DNA of 64,000 nt from Glaciihabitans sp. (GTDB taxonomy: Bacteria > Actinomycetota > Actinomycetes > Actinomycetales > Microbacteriaceae): NCBI GenBank assembly GCA_025464095.1, contig JAODMF010000003.1:79-64078 (forward strand). Direction: 5' to 3'. The translations under genes and the position numbers were made by a program. The notes beneath the pieces were generated by a model, which had not been told where the DNA came from, made no database searches, and worked only from the letters and a program-made list of their open reading frames with translations. Positions 44,310-52,221 of this stretch are shown here, in pieces; position 1 is the stretch's first letter; each line of letters opens with the position of its first letter.

Positions 44310-45421
44310 CGGCGATACGCCCGGGACCGGAGAGCGGCAAGCGTTCCTCCGATGAGTGCAGCGACCACGGATGCCGCGAGCACCGCGAGCGTGCCTTCTG
44401 TGGTCAGCCCCGCCTCGCCCTTCCATGCCAGCTCATTCATGAGCAGTGAAACCGTGAAGCCGACACCGCCCAGCCCGGCAATTGCGACCAGGTCGCCGAG
44501 ACGAATGGGATTGGGCGTCCTGCCGATCCTCTGAGCGAGTGCTGCACCGATGGTGATGCCGATGAGCTTGCCGACCGGAAGCGCGAGCAGGATGCCCCAA
44601 AACAGCGGACCGAGGGCACCCTCACCGCTCGGCAGCACGACGAGAGCCGCGACGAATGCGAAGATCGGCAGGATTATGCCGTTCGAGAATGGCTCCAGCG
44701 CGTGGCGTACGCGGCGCGAAACGGGCCCCGCCATGGCGAGGCCAAGAGCGACGCCCGCGATTGTGGGGTGGATGCCCGACAGCGCCACGAGGATCCACGC
44801 ACCAATCGCAAGCACGGCAAGCGCGATCCCGCCGGCCACCCCAAGCCGGGCGCGCCTGCTTAGCCACCCGAACGCCACAACGACAGGGAGGGCAAGCAGG
44901 AGGGGAAGCGGCGCGACGCCCTGGGTGAAGAAGAAGGCGATGATGAGGATCGCGATGAGGTCGTCAATGACGGCGAGGGCAAGCAGCATCGCGCGAACCC
45001 TGGTCGGCAGATGTCGGCCGACGAGAGCGAGGACGCCGAGTGCGAAGGCGATGTCCGTCGCGGTCGGGATCGGCCACCCGCCGGCAAGTCCACCCTCGTG
45101 CGCGACGGCGAGGTAGACGAGTGCGGGCACGACGACGCCGCCGACTGCGGCCACAGCCGGCACGAGCGCCGATCGCAGGGAGCTGAGCTCACCGGAGACC
45201 AACTCCTGTTTCAGCTCGACGGCGGCGAGAAAAAAGAAGATGGCGAGTAACCCATCGGTGACCCAGTGTCCAGCCGAGAGGTCCAGGATCGCCCAACCCG
45301 GGTGTGCGGTCTTCGCCTTAAGAAGTGCTGGTCCCACGGGCGTATTGGCGAGCAGCAGACCCACCGCGGCGGCGCCCAGCAAGAGGAGAGCGGCCACGCG
45401 CTCGGATCGCAGAAAGTTCAT
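44306..45421 (-). CDS. nhaA: Na+/H+ antiporter NhaA
   Basis: 371 aa, polytopic, NhaA motifs (WVTDGLLAIFFFLAAVELK; PTATDIAFALGVLAL; AVIDDL). Confidence 0.92.
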   Translation of the reverse strand: MNFLRSERVAALLLLGAAAVGLLLANTPVGPALLKAKTAHPGWAILDLSAGHWVTDGLLAIFFFLAAVELKQELVSGELSSLRSALVPAVAAVGGVVVPALVYLAVAHEGGLAGGWPIPTATDIAFALGVLALVGRHLPTRVRAMLLALAVIDDLIAILIIAFFFTQGVAPLPLLLALPVVVAFGWLSRRARLGVAGGIALAVLAIGAWILVALSGIHPTIAGVALGLAMAGPVSRRVRHALEPFSNGIILPIFAFVAALVVLPSGEGALGPLFWGILLALPVGKLIGITIGAALAQRIGRTPNPIRLGDLVAIAGLGGVGFTVSLLMNELAWKGEAGLTTEGTLAVLAASVVAALIGGTLAALRSRAYRR

Positions 45422-45548
45422 TTGGCTCCCGCATCATCCTAGGAGCCTGCCGACTGCTCACAGATTGCGGCCCGGTCAAGCGCGGGACTTCGACTGGCAG
45501 CAAACCGTGGGTGCCCCGAAACACGATGTTTACATCGGGACGGGTCGC

Positions 45549-45586
45549 GTAACCAAACCGAAACACGGTAACGCACGTGTCGAAAC
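45549..45586 (+). promoter_or_regulatory. GlnR-type operator upstream of amt
   Basis: GTAAC-caaacc-GAAAC-acggta-ACGCA-cgtgtc-GAAAC. The a1, b1 and b2 sites are canonical and exactly phased (b1 to b2 = 22 nt); the a2 site is degenerate. It lies 109 nt upstream of the amt ATG. Confidence 0.6.
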
Positions 45587-45695
45587 GTCAGCGCCTCAAA
45601 CTTGCCTCGTACCCGATGTGACGTGAACCCCCTGGGCGCTGAATGCTCGGTCGTCGGTGCATCCTTTGCAAGTTAGAGAGAGGTAACCCATCACT

Positions 45696-46967
45696 ATGGT
45701 CGAGCTATCGGCTACTACGGACGCCATCACCACCAACGTCAACGCGTTGTGGTTGCTGGTCGCCGCTGCACTTGTTCTTCTCATGACCCCCGGCGTGGCT
45801 TTCTTCTACGGCGGAATGGTCAAGGCCAAGAGCGTCATCAGCATGATGATGATGAGCTTTGGTGCCATCGGCGTCGTCGGCGTGCTCTGGGTCCTTTACG
45901 GATACGGCTTGTCGTTCGGCAAGGCATCGATTCCCCACTTCCTCGGAACGCCGGACTTCGGGCTGGCGAGCCTTCTCGGTAAGGACGGCGTCACCCCGGA
46001 CCTGTATGGACTCGCCTTCGCTGGCTTCCAGGCCACCTTCGCCATCATCACGGTCGCACTGATCTCGGGCGCCATCGCGGACCGCGCCAAGTTCGGATCC
46101 TGGCTGATCTTCGCTGGCGTGTGGGCAACACTGGTGTACTTCCCGGTTGCGTACTGGGTCTTCAACCTGGGTGACGGCTGGGCTCCTTCGGTCCTCCACG
46201 TCAACGACTTCGCTGGCGGCACCGCGGTGCACATCAACGCGGGTGCAGCGGGTCTTGCTCTTGCGCTCGTCCTCGGCAAGCGCGTCGGATTCGCCAAGGG
46301 AATGGCCAAGCCCCACAACGTGCCGCTGACCCTTCTCGGCGCGGCGCTGCTGTGGTTCGGCTGGTTCGGCTTCAACGCCGGCTCAGAAGCTGCCGTCGAC
46401 GGCGTCGCCGCTATCGCCTGGATCAACACGCTGGCCGCTCCGGCCGCGGGTATCCTCGGCTGGCTGATCGTAGAGAAGATCAAGGATGGCAAGCCCACCT
46501 CGATCGGTGCCGCGTCCGGTGCCGTGGCCGGTCTGGTAGCGATCACGCCTGCGTGTAACGCTCTCACGCCGTTCTGGGCCATCGTCCTCGGCGTCGTGGT
46601 CGGCGCTGTCTGTGCTCTCGCGATCGAGCTGAAGTTCAAGCTCGGCTTTGACGACTCGCTCGATGTTGTCGGCATCCACCTCGTCGGTGGTCTGATCGGA
46701 ACGCTGTACATCGGCTTCTTCGGTCTCACTCACATCGACGGCGACGCTTCGAAGGGCTTCTCCAGCCTGCTCTACGGAGGAAGCTTCGTTCAGCTCGGAG
46801 CACAGGCTGTCGGTGCGTTCGGCGTGATGATTTACTCCTTCGTTCTCGCCTACGCCATCGGCTGGGTCATCCAGAAGACGATCGGGTTCCGGATCAACAA
46901 TGAGGATGAGGTCGCAGGCGTCGACACCGTGGTTCACGGTGAAGAGGGCTACGCGCTCGCCGAGTAG
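45696..46967 (+). CDS. amt: ammonium transporter (Amt family)
   Basis: DFAGGTAVHINAG (Asp/His), LLWFGWFGFNAGS (Phe gate/Ser) and VVGIHLVGGLIG (second His); 423 aa. Confidence 0.95.
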   Translation: MVELSATTDAITTNVNALWLLVAAALVLLMTPGVAFFYGGMVKAKSVISMMMMSFGAIGVVGVLWVLYGYGLSFGKASIPHFLGTPDFGLASLLGKDGVTPDLYGLAFAGFQATFAIITVALISGAIADRAKFGSWLIFAGVWATLVYFPVAYWVFNLGDGWAPSVLHVNDFAGGTAVHINAGAAGLALALVLGKRVGFAKGMAKPHNVPLTLLGAALLWFGWFGFNAGSEAAVDGVAAIAWINTLAAPAAGILGWLIVEKIKDGKPTSIGAASGAVAGLVAITPACNALTPFWAIVLGVVVGAVCALAIELKFKLGFDDSLDVVGIHLVGGLIGTLYIGFFGLTHIDGDASKGFSSLLYGGSFVQLGAQAVGAFGVMIYSFVLAYAIGWVIQKTIGFRINNEDEVAGVDTVVHGEEGYALAE

Positions 46968-46999
46968 GTTCCTGCAGCACAGCACTGCATGATCGCCTG

Positions 47000-47036
47000 G
47001 AACGGGGCGTCACTCCTTGCGAGTGACGCCCCGTTC
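47000..47036 (+). terminator. strong stem-loop downstream of amt (I-shaped terminator candidate)
   Basis: Perfect 16-bp stem gaacggggcgtcactc / gagtgacgccccgttc with a 5-nt loop, 33 nt after the amt stop. There is no T-tract, which is common in high-GC actinobacteria. Confidence 0.6.
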
Positions 47037-47137
47037 TGCACTCCGGGAGGGCCGATCCGGTGGAGAACTGACATTCGCTCGGTCTGCAGTAGGGTTACGA
47101 CTGGCCGCCGTCGCATGGGCCCGCAACCAGGGAGAAG

Positions 47138-48220
47138 ATGTCGATGAAGCGCCGTGCAATCGTGGGAATTCTCCTCGGGTCGCTTGTCCTTGCCACCCTC
47201 CCGGCCATGTCTGCCGCCGCCGCGCCGACGATCACACCATCGCTCGGCGGGTACGTCGCCGCGAATCACACGGCACCGTTTGCCTTCGCTGTGTCGGGGG
47301 CCTCCTGGGATTCGGCCGTGGTGACGATCGAACTCCCTCAGGGCAGCATGAGCGTCGACACCTCGGGCCTGGCACTTACCCTGCAGCCGGGATCTGCCAG
47401 CTTCACCAATGTCAGCACGGTGTCATTCAGCGGGTCCCTCGCCGACGTGAAAACGGCACTCGCCCATCGGCTGACCTGGCGGGCGCCTGTTACTCCCGCC
47501 AAGTCGTACCTGCGTCTCTCGATGAGTATCGCCCAGTACATCGAGGGCCTGGCGTCCGATGCCGCCAATGGGCACTATTACCTGCGGTCTCCTGGTGCGC
47601 TCACCTGGGCAGGCGCGCGGGATGCCGCGGCCGCCCTGAACTACAGGGGTCTCACCGGCTACCTCACCACCATCACCGATGACCCCGAGAACACCTTCGT
47701 CACCGGGATGTCGGGCGGCACGACCGCCTGGATCGCCGCGACCGATGAAGTTACGTACGTCAATCCGCTTCTCCCACCGGCAGGCCAGTACGCGGACAAC
47801 GGCGCCATCCAGGGCAACTTTCACTGGGGTTCCGGGCCAGAAGCGGGCACTGCGCTGCAGTACTCCGCATGGTTCCCGGGGGAGCCGAACAATCTGGCCT
47901 CCGAACGATGCACTGTGACCAACTGGAACGGTCCGACGGGCCTATGGAACAACATCGGGTGTACCGATTCGCAATTCGGTTCCATCATCGAATTTGGTGG
48001 CATCGGCACTGAACAAGCCCCCTTCAGCTACAACAATCTCGCTTCCAGCGGTCCCGCTGTGCCTGCAACACCGGACCCCGCGCTCGCGGCCACCGGTTCA
48101 GACACGCTGCCGCTCGGCGGAGCCATTGCCGCGGCATTGCTGATCCTGGGGTTGGCGCTGCGACTGCCTTTCACGCGGCGCGCACGCAAGAGCTCTTCGA
48201 ACGCCTCTTCCCTCACATAG
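47138..48220 (+). CDS. secreted, LAxTG-anchored surface protein with a C-type lectin-like domain
   Basis: Signal peptide MKRRAIVGILLGSLVLATLPAMSAAAA. The CTLD signature is NGHYY..TWAGARDAA..GYLTTITDDPENTFV..AWIAATDE..FHWGSGPEAG..YSAWFPGEPNN..ERC..GLWNNIGC..IIEF. The C-terminus has LAATG, then a hydrophobic helix, then RRARK. Confidence 0.75.
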   Translation: MSMKRRAIVGILLGSLVLATLPAMSAAAAPTITPSLGGYVAANHTAPFAFAVSGASWDSAVVTIELPQGSMSVDTSGLALTLQPGSASFTNVSTVSFSGSLADVKTALAHRLTWRAPVTPAKSYLRLSMSIAQYIEGLASDAANGHYYLRSPGALTWAGARDAAAALNYRGLTGYLTTITDDPENTFVTGMSGGTTAWIAATDEVTYVNPLLPPAGQYADNGAIQGNFHWGSGPEAGTALQYSAWFPGEPNNLASERCTVTNWNGPTGLWNNIGCTDSQFGSIIEFGGIGTEQAPFSYNNLASSGPAVPATPDPALAATGSDTLPLGGAIAAALLILGLALRLPFTRRARKSSSNASSLT

Positions 48221-48346
48221 GCCGCGTTGGCAGAATCAACGACGTAACCCGCGCCCGAACGGCCAGTAAGAGCGCGATTCCACTGCCATAGCCCAGCCAT
48301 GCGCCGCTTTCGGTGCAGCCCCCCTTACGGTGGTAACGGAGGAGCA

Positions 48347-49414
48347 ATGTCCCTGGTCGACACTTTGATGCCGCTGGTGAGTGCGCTGGCGATCCTTGCC
48401 GTTATTCCTGCGCTGGCGGTGCTCTACCGGGAGTTCGTGGATGCAACGCGGCCCGTCGCATCCGGACTGGAAACGCTGCTGATCTGTGCGGTCGCCGCAG
48501 GGATCTGGCTCGGCCTGAGTGCCCTGTTCCCGACCGTCGCAGGGTCGCGCCTTCAGTTGCCCACGACCTCGCTCGCTGCGCTGGCAGCGTTCCTGTGCAG
48601 CCTTCCGGTGCGGGATGCCACCCGCCGCGTCCTGCCAGCGCTCATCTTCTCGTCGGTGTGGGTCATCGTCGTGTTCACGCCGATCGCCATCGTGGACTTC
48701 TTTCCCACCGCGGTCGGCCTGTCACCGACTGCTGGGCCGCTGGACGTCGGGGGAGCGCTGCCCGTGCACGTCGCGGTTGGCAGCGCCGCACTGGTGGTCC
48801 TCCTGTACGGGCGCAACCTGGGAAGCGTCAGCCGGGCGCACCACCGTCCCCGATCGTGGACGCTCGTGCTCGTCACGCTCATTCTCTGGGCGGGATGGGC
48901 GATCGGCCTTGTGGGGCTCGAACTCGCCGCCGATGACGCGGCCGCCCGCATCCTCATCAACGCGATAGTTGGCCCGCTCGTCGGCGCGGCCGGCTGGCTC
49001 GTCGTGGAGCGAATCCGCCAGCGAGCCACCACGGTGCACGGCGCGGCCGCGGGCCTCCTCTGCGGACTGGTTGCGATCACTGCCGGGAGCGCGTACCTGA
49101 CTCCGCTCTGGGCCGGAATCATCAGCGCCTTTGCCGCGATCGGCGCCGCCCAGTTCACGATCACCCAAACCGAGGTGACGCGCCGCAACGCCTGGATTTT
49201 CGTGGGCGCGCACCTGATCGCCGGGGGCCTGGGCCTCATCCTTCTCGGGATGTTCGCCAGCGACTTCGGCTTCATCTTTGTGGGGCAGCTCACCACGCTC
49301 GTCGTGGAGATCGTCAGCGTACTGGTCGTCGCGGCGTGGGCCGGTGGCGTCTCGCTGGCGCTGTGGCCACTCATCGACCGGTTGACCCGGCGAGCTCGAT
49401 TGGCAGAGCCGTGA
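48347..49414 (+). CDS. divergent Amt/MEP/Rh-family membrane protein (degenerate ammonium-transporter paralog)
   Basis: Colinear similarity to the amt product in this window: DVGGALPVHVAVG vs DFAGGTAVHINAG; GAAAGLLCGLVAITAGSAYLTPLWAGI vs GAASGAVAGLVAITPACNALTPFWAIV; FVGAHLIAGGLG vs VVGIHLVGGLIG. GGAGGA RBS precedes ATG 48347. Confidence 0.7.
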   Translation: MSLVDTLMPLVSALAILAVIPALAVLYREFVDATRPVASGLETLLICAVAAGIWLGLSALFPTVAGSRLQLPTTSLAALAAFLCSLPVRDATRRVLPALIFSSVWVIVVFTPIAIVDFFPTAVGLSPTAGPLDVGGALPVHVAVGSAALVVLLYGRNLGSVSRAHHRPRSWTLVLVTLILWAGWAIGLVGLELAADDAAARILINAIVGPLVGAAGWLVVERIRQRATTVHGAAAGLLCGLVAITAGSAYLTPLWAGIISAFAAIGAAQFTITQTEVTRRNAWIFVGAHLIAGGLGLILLGMFASDFGFIFVGQLTTLVVEIVSVLVVAAWAGGVSLALWPLIDRLTRRARLAEP

Positions 49415-50139
49415 GCGCCGCCGAGCCGATCTCCGTCCGCGCGCCGGCGCTGGTCGGTCGATCGGTAGCCAGCCAGCGCTGGTCGCACCTGGCCCTCTTG
49501 CACTGGCGCGTGCCCGCGGCGGAGGTTGCGCCGCTGTTGCCTCCGGGACTCGTTCCCGACGAATTCGACGGCAGCAGCTGGGTCGGGCTGATCCCGTTCG
49601 TGCTCGACCGGGGGAGCGTCTTCGGTAGCCCGCCGGTGCCCTATTTCGGTACCTTCGTCGAGGTCAACGTGCGGCTGTATGCCGTCGACCGCTACGGCAG
49701 ACGCGGCGTCGTTTTCCTCTCCCTGGAGGCCTCCCGTCTCGCGGCGGTCATCGCCGCACGGGCGGCATTCCACCTGCCGTACATGTGGTCGCGCACGCGC
49801 CTCGAGCGGGCGGATTATCGGTTTCTCTTCACGACCTCACGGCACTTCGCCCCTCGGCTGCGTGCGCTTGTAGAGATCGACGCGAGCAAGGATGCGGTGA
49901 GCGGGGACCCGCTGGCCGACTTCCTGACCGCTCGGTGGGCGCTGTTCACGGTCGTTGGCGGCCGTGTCCGTTACCTGCGCAACACCCACGAGCCGTGGGA
50001 GCTGCGGAAGGCCCGGCTGGTGCGGATCGAAGACACGCTGCTGGAGGCCGCGGGGTTTCCGGGTCTCGCCCAGCGGCATCCGGATTCCGTGCTGTACGCG
50101 CCCGGCGTGACGACCTGGTTCGGCTCGCCGATCGACTAG
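49411..50139 (+). CDS. DUF2071 (YqjF-like) domain protein
   Basis: QRWSHLALLHWRVPAAEVAPLLPPGL...FVEVNVRLYAV...PWEL motifs. The GTG start overlaps the Amt-like stop (GTGA). Confidence 0.8.
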   Translation: MSAAEPISVRAPALVGRSVASQRWSHLALLHWRVPAAEVAPLLPPGLVPDEFDGSSWVGLIPFVLDRGSVFGSPPVPYFGTFVEVNVRLYAVDRYGRRGVVFLSLEASRLAAVIAARAAFHLPYMWSRTRLERADYRFLFTTSRHFAPRLRALVEIDASKDAVSGDPLADFLTARWALFTVVGGRVRYLRNTHEPWELRKARLVRIEDTLLEAAGFPGLAQRHPDSVLYAPGVTTWFGSPID

Positions 50140-51050
50140 GCCCGGTTCCTCGCCTGGTTCGCCATCGCTTCACGAATGACCTGTCGCGCCACCCGCGCCT
50201 CGGGAATCGGCAGGAGCGGCCACACGTGGATCATTCCCGGGCCCTCGACGAAGTCCAGCCGGAGCCCCTCGTCGACTGCTCGCCTGACCAGGCGCTGGGC
50301 GTCGGCGTTCAGGATGTCACGGGTGCCGCTGAACATGAGCACCCGCCCGAGGCGCGAGAGGTCACCGTTGATCGGGCTGACCAGTGAATCGTCTTCCGGC
50401 AGTTCTCCGCGGTACAGGGCGCCCGCTGCGTGCGACCCGGGAACGGCCAGCCACGGGTCGGTCGGGTCGATCACCTGAAGTTGCGGGTCCGTGCCGCTGA
50501 TGTCCAGCCAGGGCGAGATCAGCACCGTGAGGTGCGGCGCGGGAACCTGCCGGTCGCGAAGCAGCATGGCCACGGCCAGCGCCATCCCGCCGCCAGCGGA
50601 ATCGCCGAGCAGGGTCACGTTCGGCGCGCCCACCTCGTCGATGAGCGCCTGTGCGAGATCAGTGGCAAGGGGCACAATCACGGACGCCGTCGTACCCGGG
50701 GCCAGCGGATAGATCGGAACGACAAAGGTAGTGTTCGTGGCGTTTGCGAGATCGGTCACGAGATGCCAGTGCTGCGGGGTGATCTCATACACGTATGCGC
50801 CGCCGTGCAGGTAGACCGCGCGACGGTCAGGGATGCCGGCAACCGGCGCCACCTGCCATACCCGCCAGCCGCTGAAAGTGGTCTCGGTGATCCTCGCGCG
50901 CTTGCGAAACTTCGCACCGGGCGCAGTCGAGCCCGGACGAGCGGTCTGCCTGGCAACGCTCTTGCGCGTGAGCTCGACCGAGCGGTAGCGGCGCTTGGCA
51001 CCGCGAAGCAGCATCACCGCGGGCATCAGGCGACTCGCGAAAGACTGCAT
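50136..51050 (-). CDS. alpha/beta hydrolase fold-3 esterase/lipase
   Basis: HGGAY oxyanion motif (YLHGGAYV) and nucleophile elbow GDSAGGG. Start at MQSFAS (ATG 51048-51050); the track ORF extension runs across a tRNA. Confidence 0.8.
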   Translation of the reverse strand: MQSFASRLMPAVMLLRGAKRRYRSVELTRKSVARQTARPGSTAPGAKFRKRARITETTFSGWRVWQVAPVAGIPDRRAVYLHGGAYVYEITPQHWHLVTDLANATNTTFVVPIYPLAPGTTASVIVPLATDLAQALIDEVGAPNVTLLGDSAGGGMALAVAMLLRDRQVPAPHLTVLISPWLDISGTDPQLQVIDPTDPWLAVPGSHAAGALYRGELPEDDSLVSPINGDLSRLGRVLMFSGTRDILNADAQRLVRRAVDEGLRLDFVEGPGMIHVWPLLPIPEARVARQVIREAMANQARNRA

Positions 51051-51108
51051 AGGGTGCACCCTACGCGACGGCTCGCGGGCAGCGGAGGGGTCGAGAGTCA
51101 GGATTGTG

Positions 51109-51181
51109 TGGGCGATACCGGACTTGAACCGATGACCTCTTCGGTGTGAGCGAAGCGCGCTACCAACTGCGCCAATCGCCC
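51109..51181 (-). tRNA. tRNA-Val (anticodon CAC)
   Basis: The reverse complement folds as GGGCGAT/ATCGCCC acceptor, GCGC/GCGC D-stem, CTTCG-CTCACAC-CGAAG anticodon arm and TTCAAGT T-loop; 73 nt. Confidence 0.93.
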
Positions 51182-51294
51182 TGACGCCACAATCCTGCCA
51201 CAGGTTTCGCAGAGGATTGCGACACAGCCGTAACGGATTGGCTCGTTCCGCCAGCATCGGATAGAGTCATCACCGCGCACAGAAATGTGGGCAT

Positions 51295-51366
51295 GCGGAT
51301 GTGGCGCAGTGGTAGCGCATCACCTTGCCAAGGTGAGGGTCGCGAGTTCGAATCTCGTCATCCGCT
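51295..51366 (+). tRNA. tRNA-Gly (anticodon GCC)
   Basis: GCGGATG/CATCCGC acceptor, TCACC-TTGCCAA-GGTGA anticodon arm, GCGAG-TTCGAAT-CTCGT T-arm; 72 nt. Confidence 0.93.
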
Positions 51367-51413
51367 CGAGTGAAGTCTCACGACTCGATTTTTATACCGT
51401 GGGTACGGAACAT

Positions 51414-51484
51414 GGTGGCGTGGCCGAGTGGTCAGGCACCGGCCTGCAAAGCCGTTTACACGGGTTCGAATCCCGTCGCCACCT
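51414..51484 (+). tRNA. tRNA-Cys (anticodon GCA)
   Basis: GGTGGCG/CGCCACC acceptor, anticodon loop CTGCAAA, ACGGG-TTCGAAT-CCCGT T-arm; 71 nt. Confidence 0.92.
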
Positions 51485-51531
51485 CACTCATCAGAACACA
51501 GTTGAATACGCACGAGTAACAAGTACGGCCC

Positions 51532-51603
51532 GGGCGGTTGGCGCCGCGGTAGCGCGCTTCCCTGACACGGAAGAGGTCGCTGGTTCGATCCCAGTACCGC
51601 CCA
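51532..51603 (+). tRNA. tRNA-Val (anticodon GAC)
   Basis: GGGCGGT/ACCGCCC acceptor, CTTCC-CTGACAC-GGAAG anticodon arm, GCTGG-TTCGATC-CCAGT T-arm; 72 nt. Confidence 0.93.
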
Positions 51604-51607
51604 CCGA

Positions 51608-51646
51608 AGAAGAGACCCTGACACTGTCAGGGTCTCTTCTGTTTTG
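51608..51646 (+). terminator. rho-independent terminator after the Gly-Cys-Val tRNA cluster
   Basis: 16-bp stem agaagagaccctgaca / tgtcagggtctcttct followed by GTTTTG. Confidence 0.7.
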
Positions 51647-51753
51647 TGGGTCGAGCCGGCGACTGAAAGCCGCTGCGCGCCTTTCCTGGTTCGAGCCCAG
51701 TGAGCCCTTTTTGGGGTAGGCGGAGGAATCCTCGGAAGCATTAGCATCAACGC

Positions 51754-52104
51754 ATGTCGGATCCCAACTTCCCTGCCCCGTCGGCGCCATACATCTCGTC
51801 GCAACCGCAGCAGATCTACGTGCAGGTGAACCGTCCTGCGTCGAACGGGCTTGCTATCGCCGGACTGGTATTGGGAATCGTTGGCGCCGCTTTGGCCTTG
51901 ATTCCGCTGGTTGGCCTCTTCTTTTGTTGGTTGCCCGCGATGCTGGGAATCATTTTTGGCTGTGTGGGGCTGTCTACCGCGAATCGGCTAAACGGTCTCA
52001 ACAAGGCCGCGGCGATCTGGGCGATAATTTTGGGCGCAAGTCCCATTCCCATCGTCATTCTGCAGGTCATCGTGGGAGCAGCCATCGGTTCTGCGACTCA
52101 GTAA
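51754..52104 (+). CDS. DUF4190-type small membrane protein
   Basis: 116 aa. A Pro/Gln-rich N-terminus is followed by two hydrophobic helices (NGLAIAGLVLGIVGAALALIPLVG...). Confidence 0.7.
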   Translation: MSDPNFPAPSAPYISSQPQQIYVQVNRPASNGLAIAGLVLGIVGAALALIPLVGLFFCWLPAMLGIIFGCVGLSTANRLNGLNKAAAIWAIILGASPIPIVILQVIVGAAIGSATQ

Positions 52105-52221
52105 CGCTCTCGCGGCAGAGCCGTTTCGAATCCCAGCGCCGCCACCCGACAACGGGAAGAACGTCAGTCGTGCCGCCGGCCACGGCCCGAGGCGACCTCG
52201 CGTCCCGACTAAAGTTGCAGG

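Noticed and set aside
48244-48285. Possible GlnR half-site (GTAAC-n7-CGAAC) upstream of the Amt-like gene
   Set aside because: The spacing is off by one and there is no second a/b pair. It is not better than chance in my judgement.
51050-52104. Integrated mobile element at the tRNA cluster
   Set aside because: There is no integrase, excisionase or phage-like gene. Only a small DUF4190 membrane protein lies between the tRNAs and thrS, and the composition looks like the rest of the window.
52105-52221. T-box or other riboswitch leader upstream of thrS
   Set aside because: No T-box motif (AATTAGGGTGGNACCGCG-like) or specifier-loop architecture is visible, and the leader is only about 115 nt. 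Only the tRNA-Val-like fragment is reported separately.
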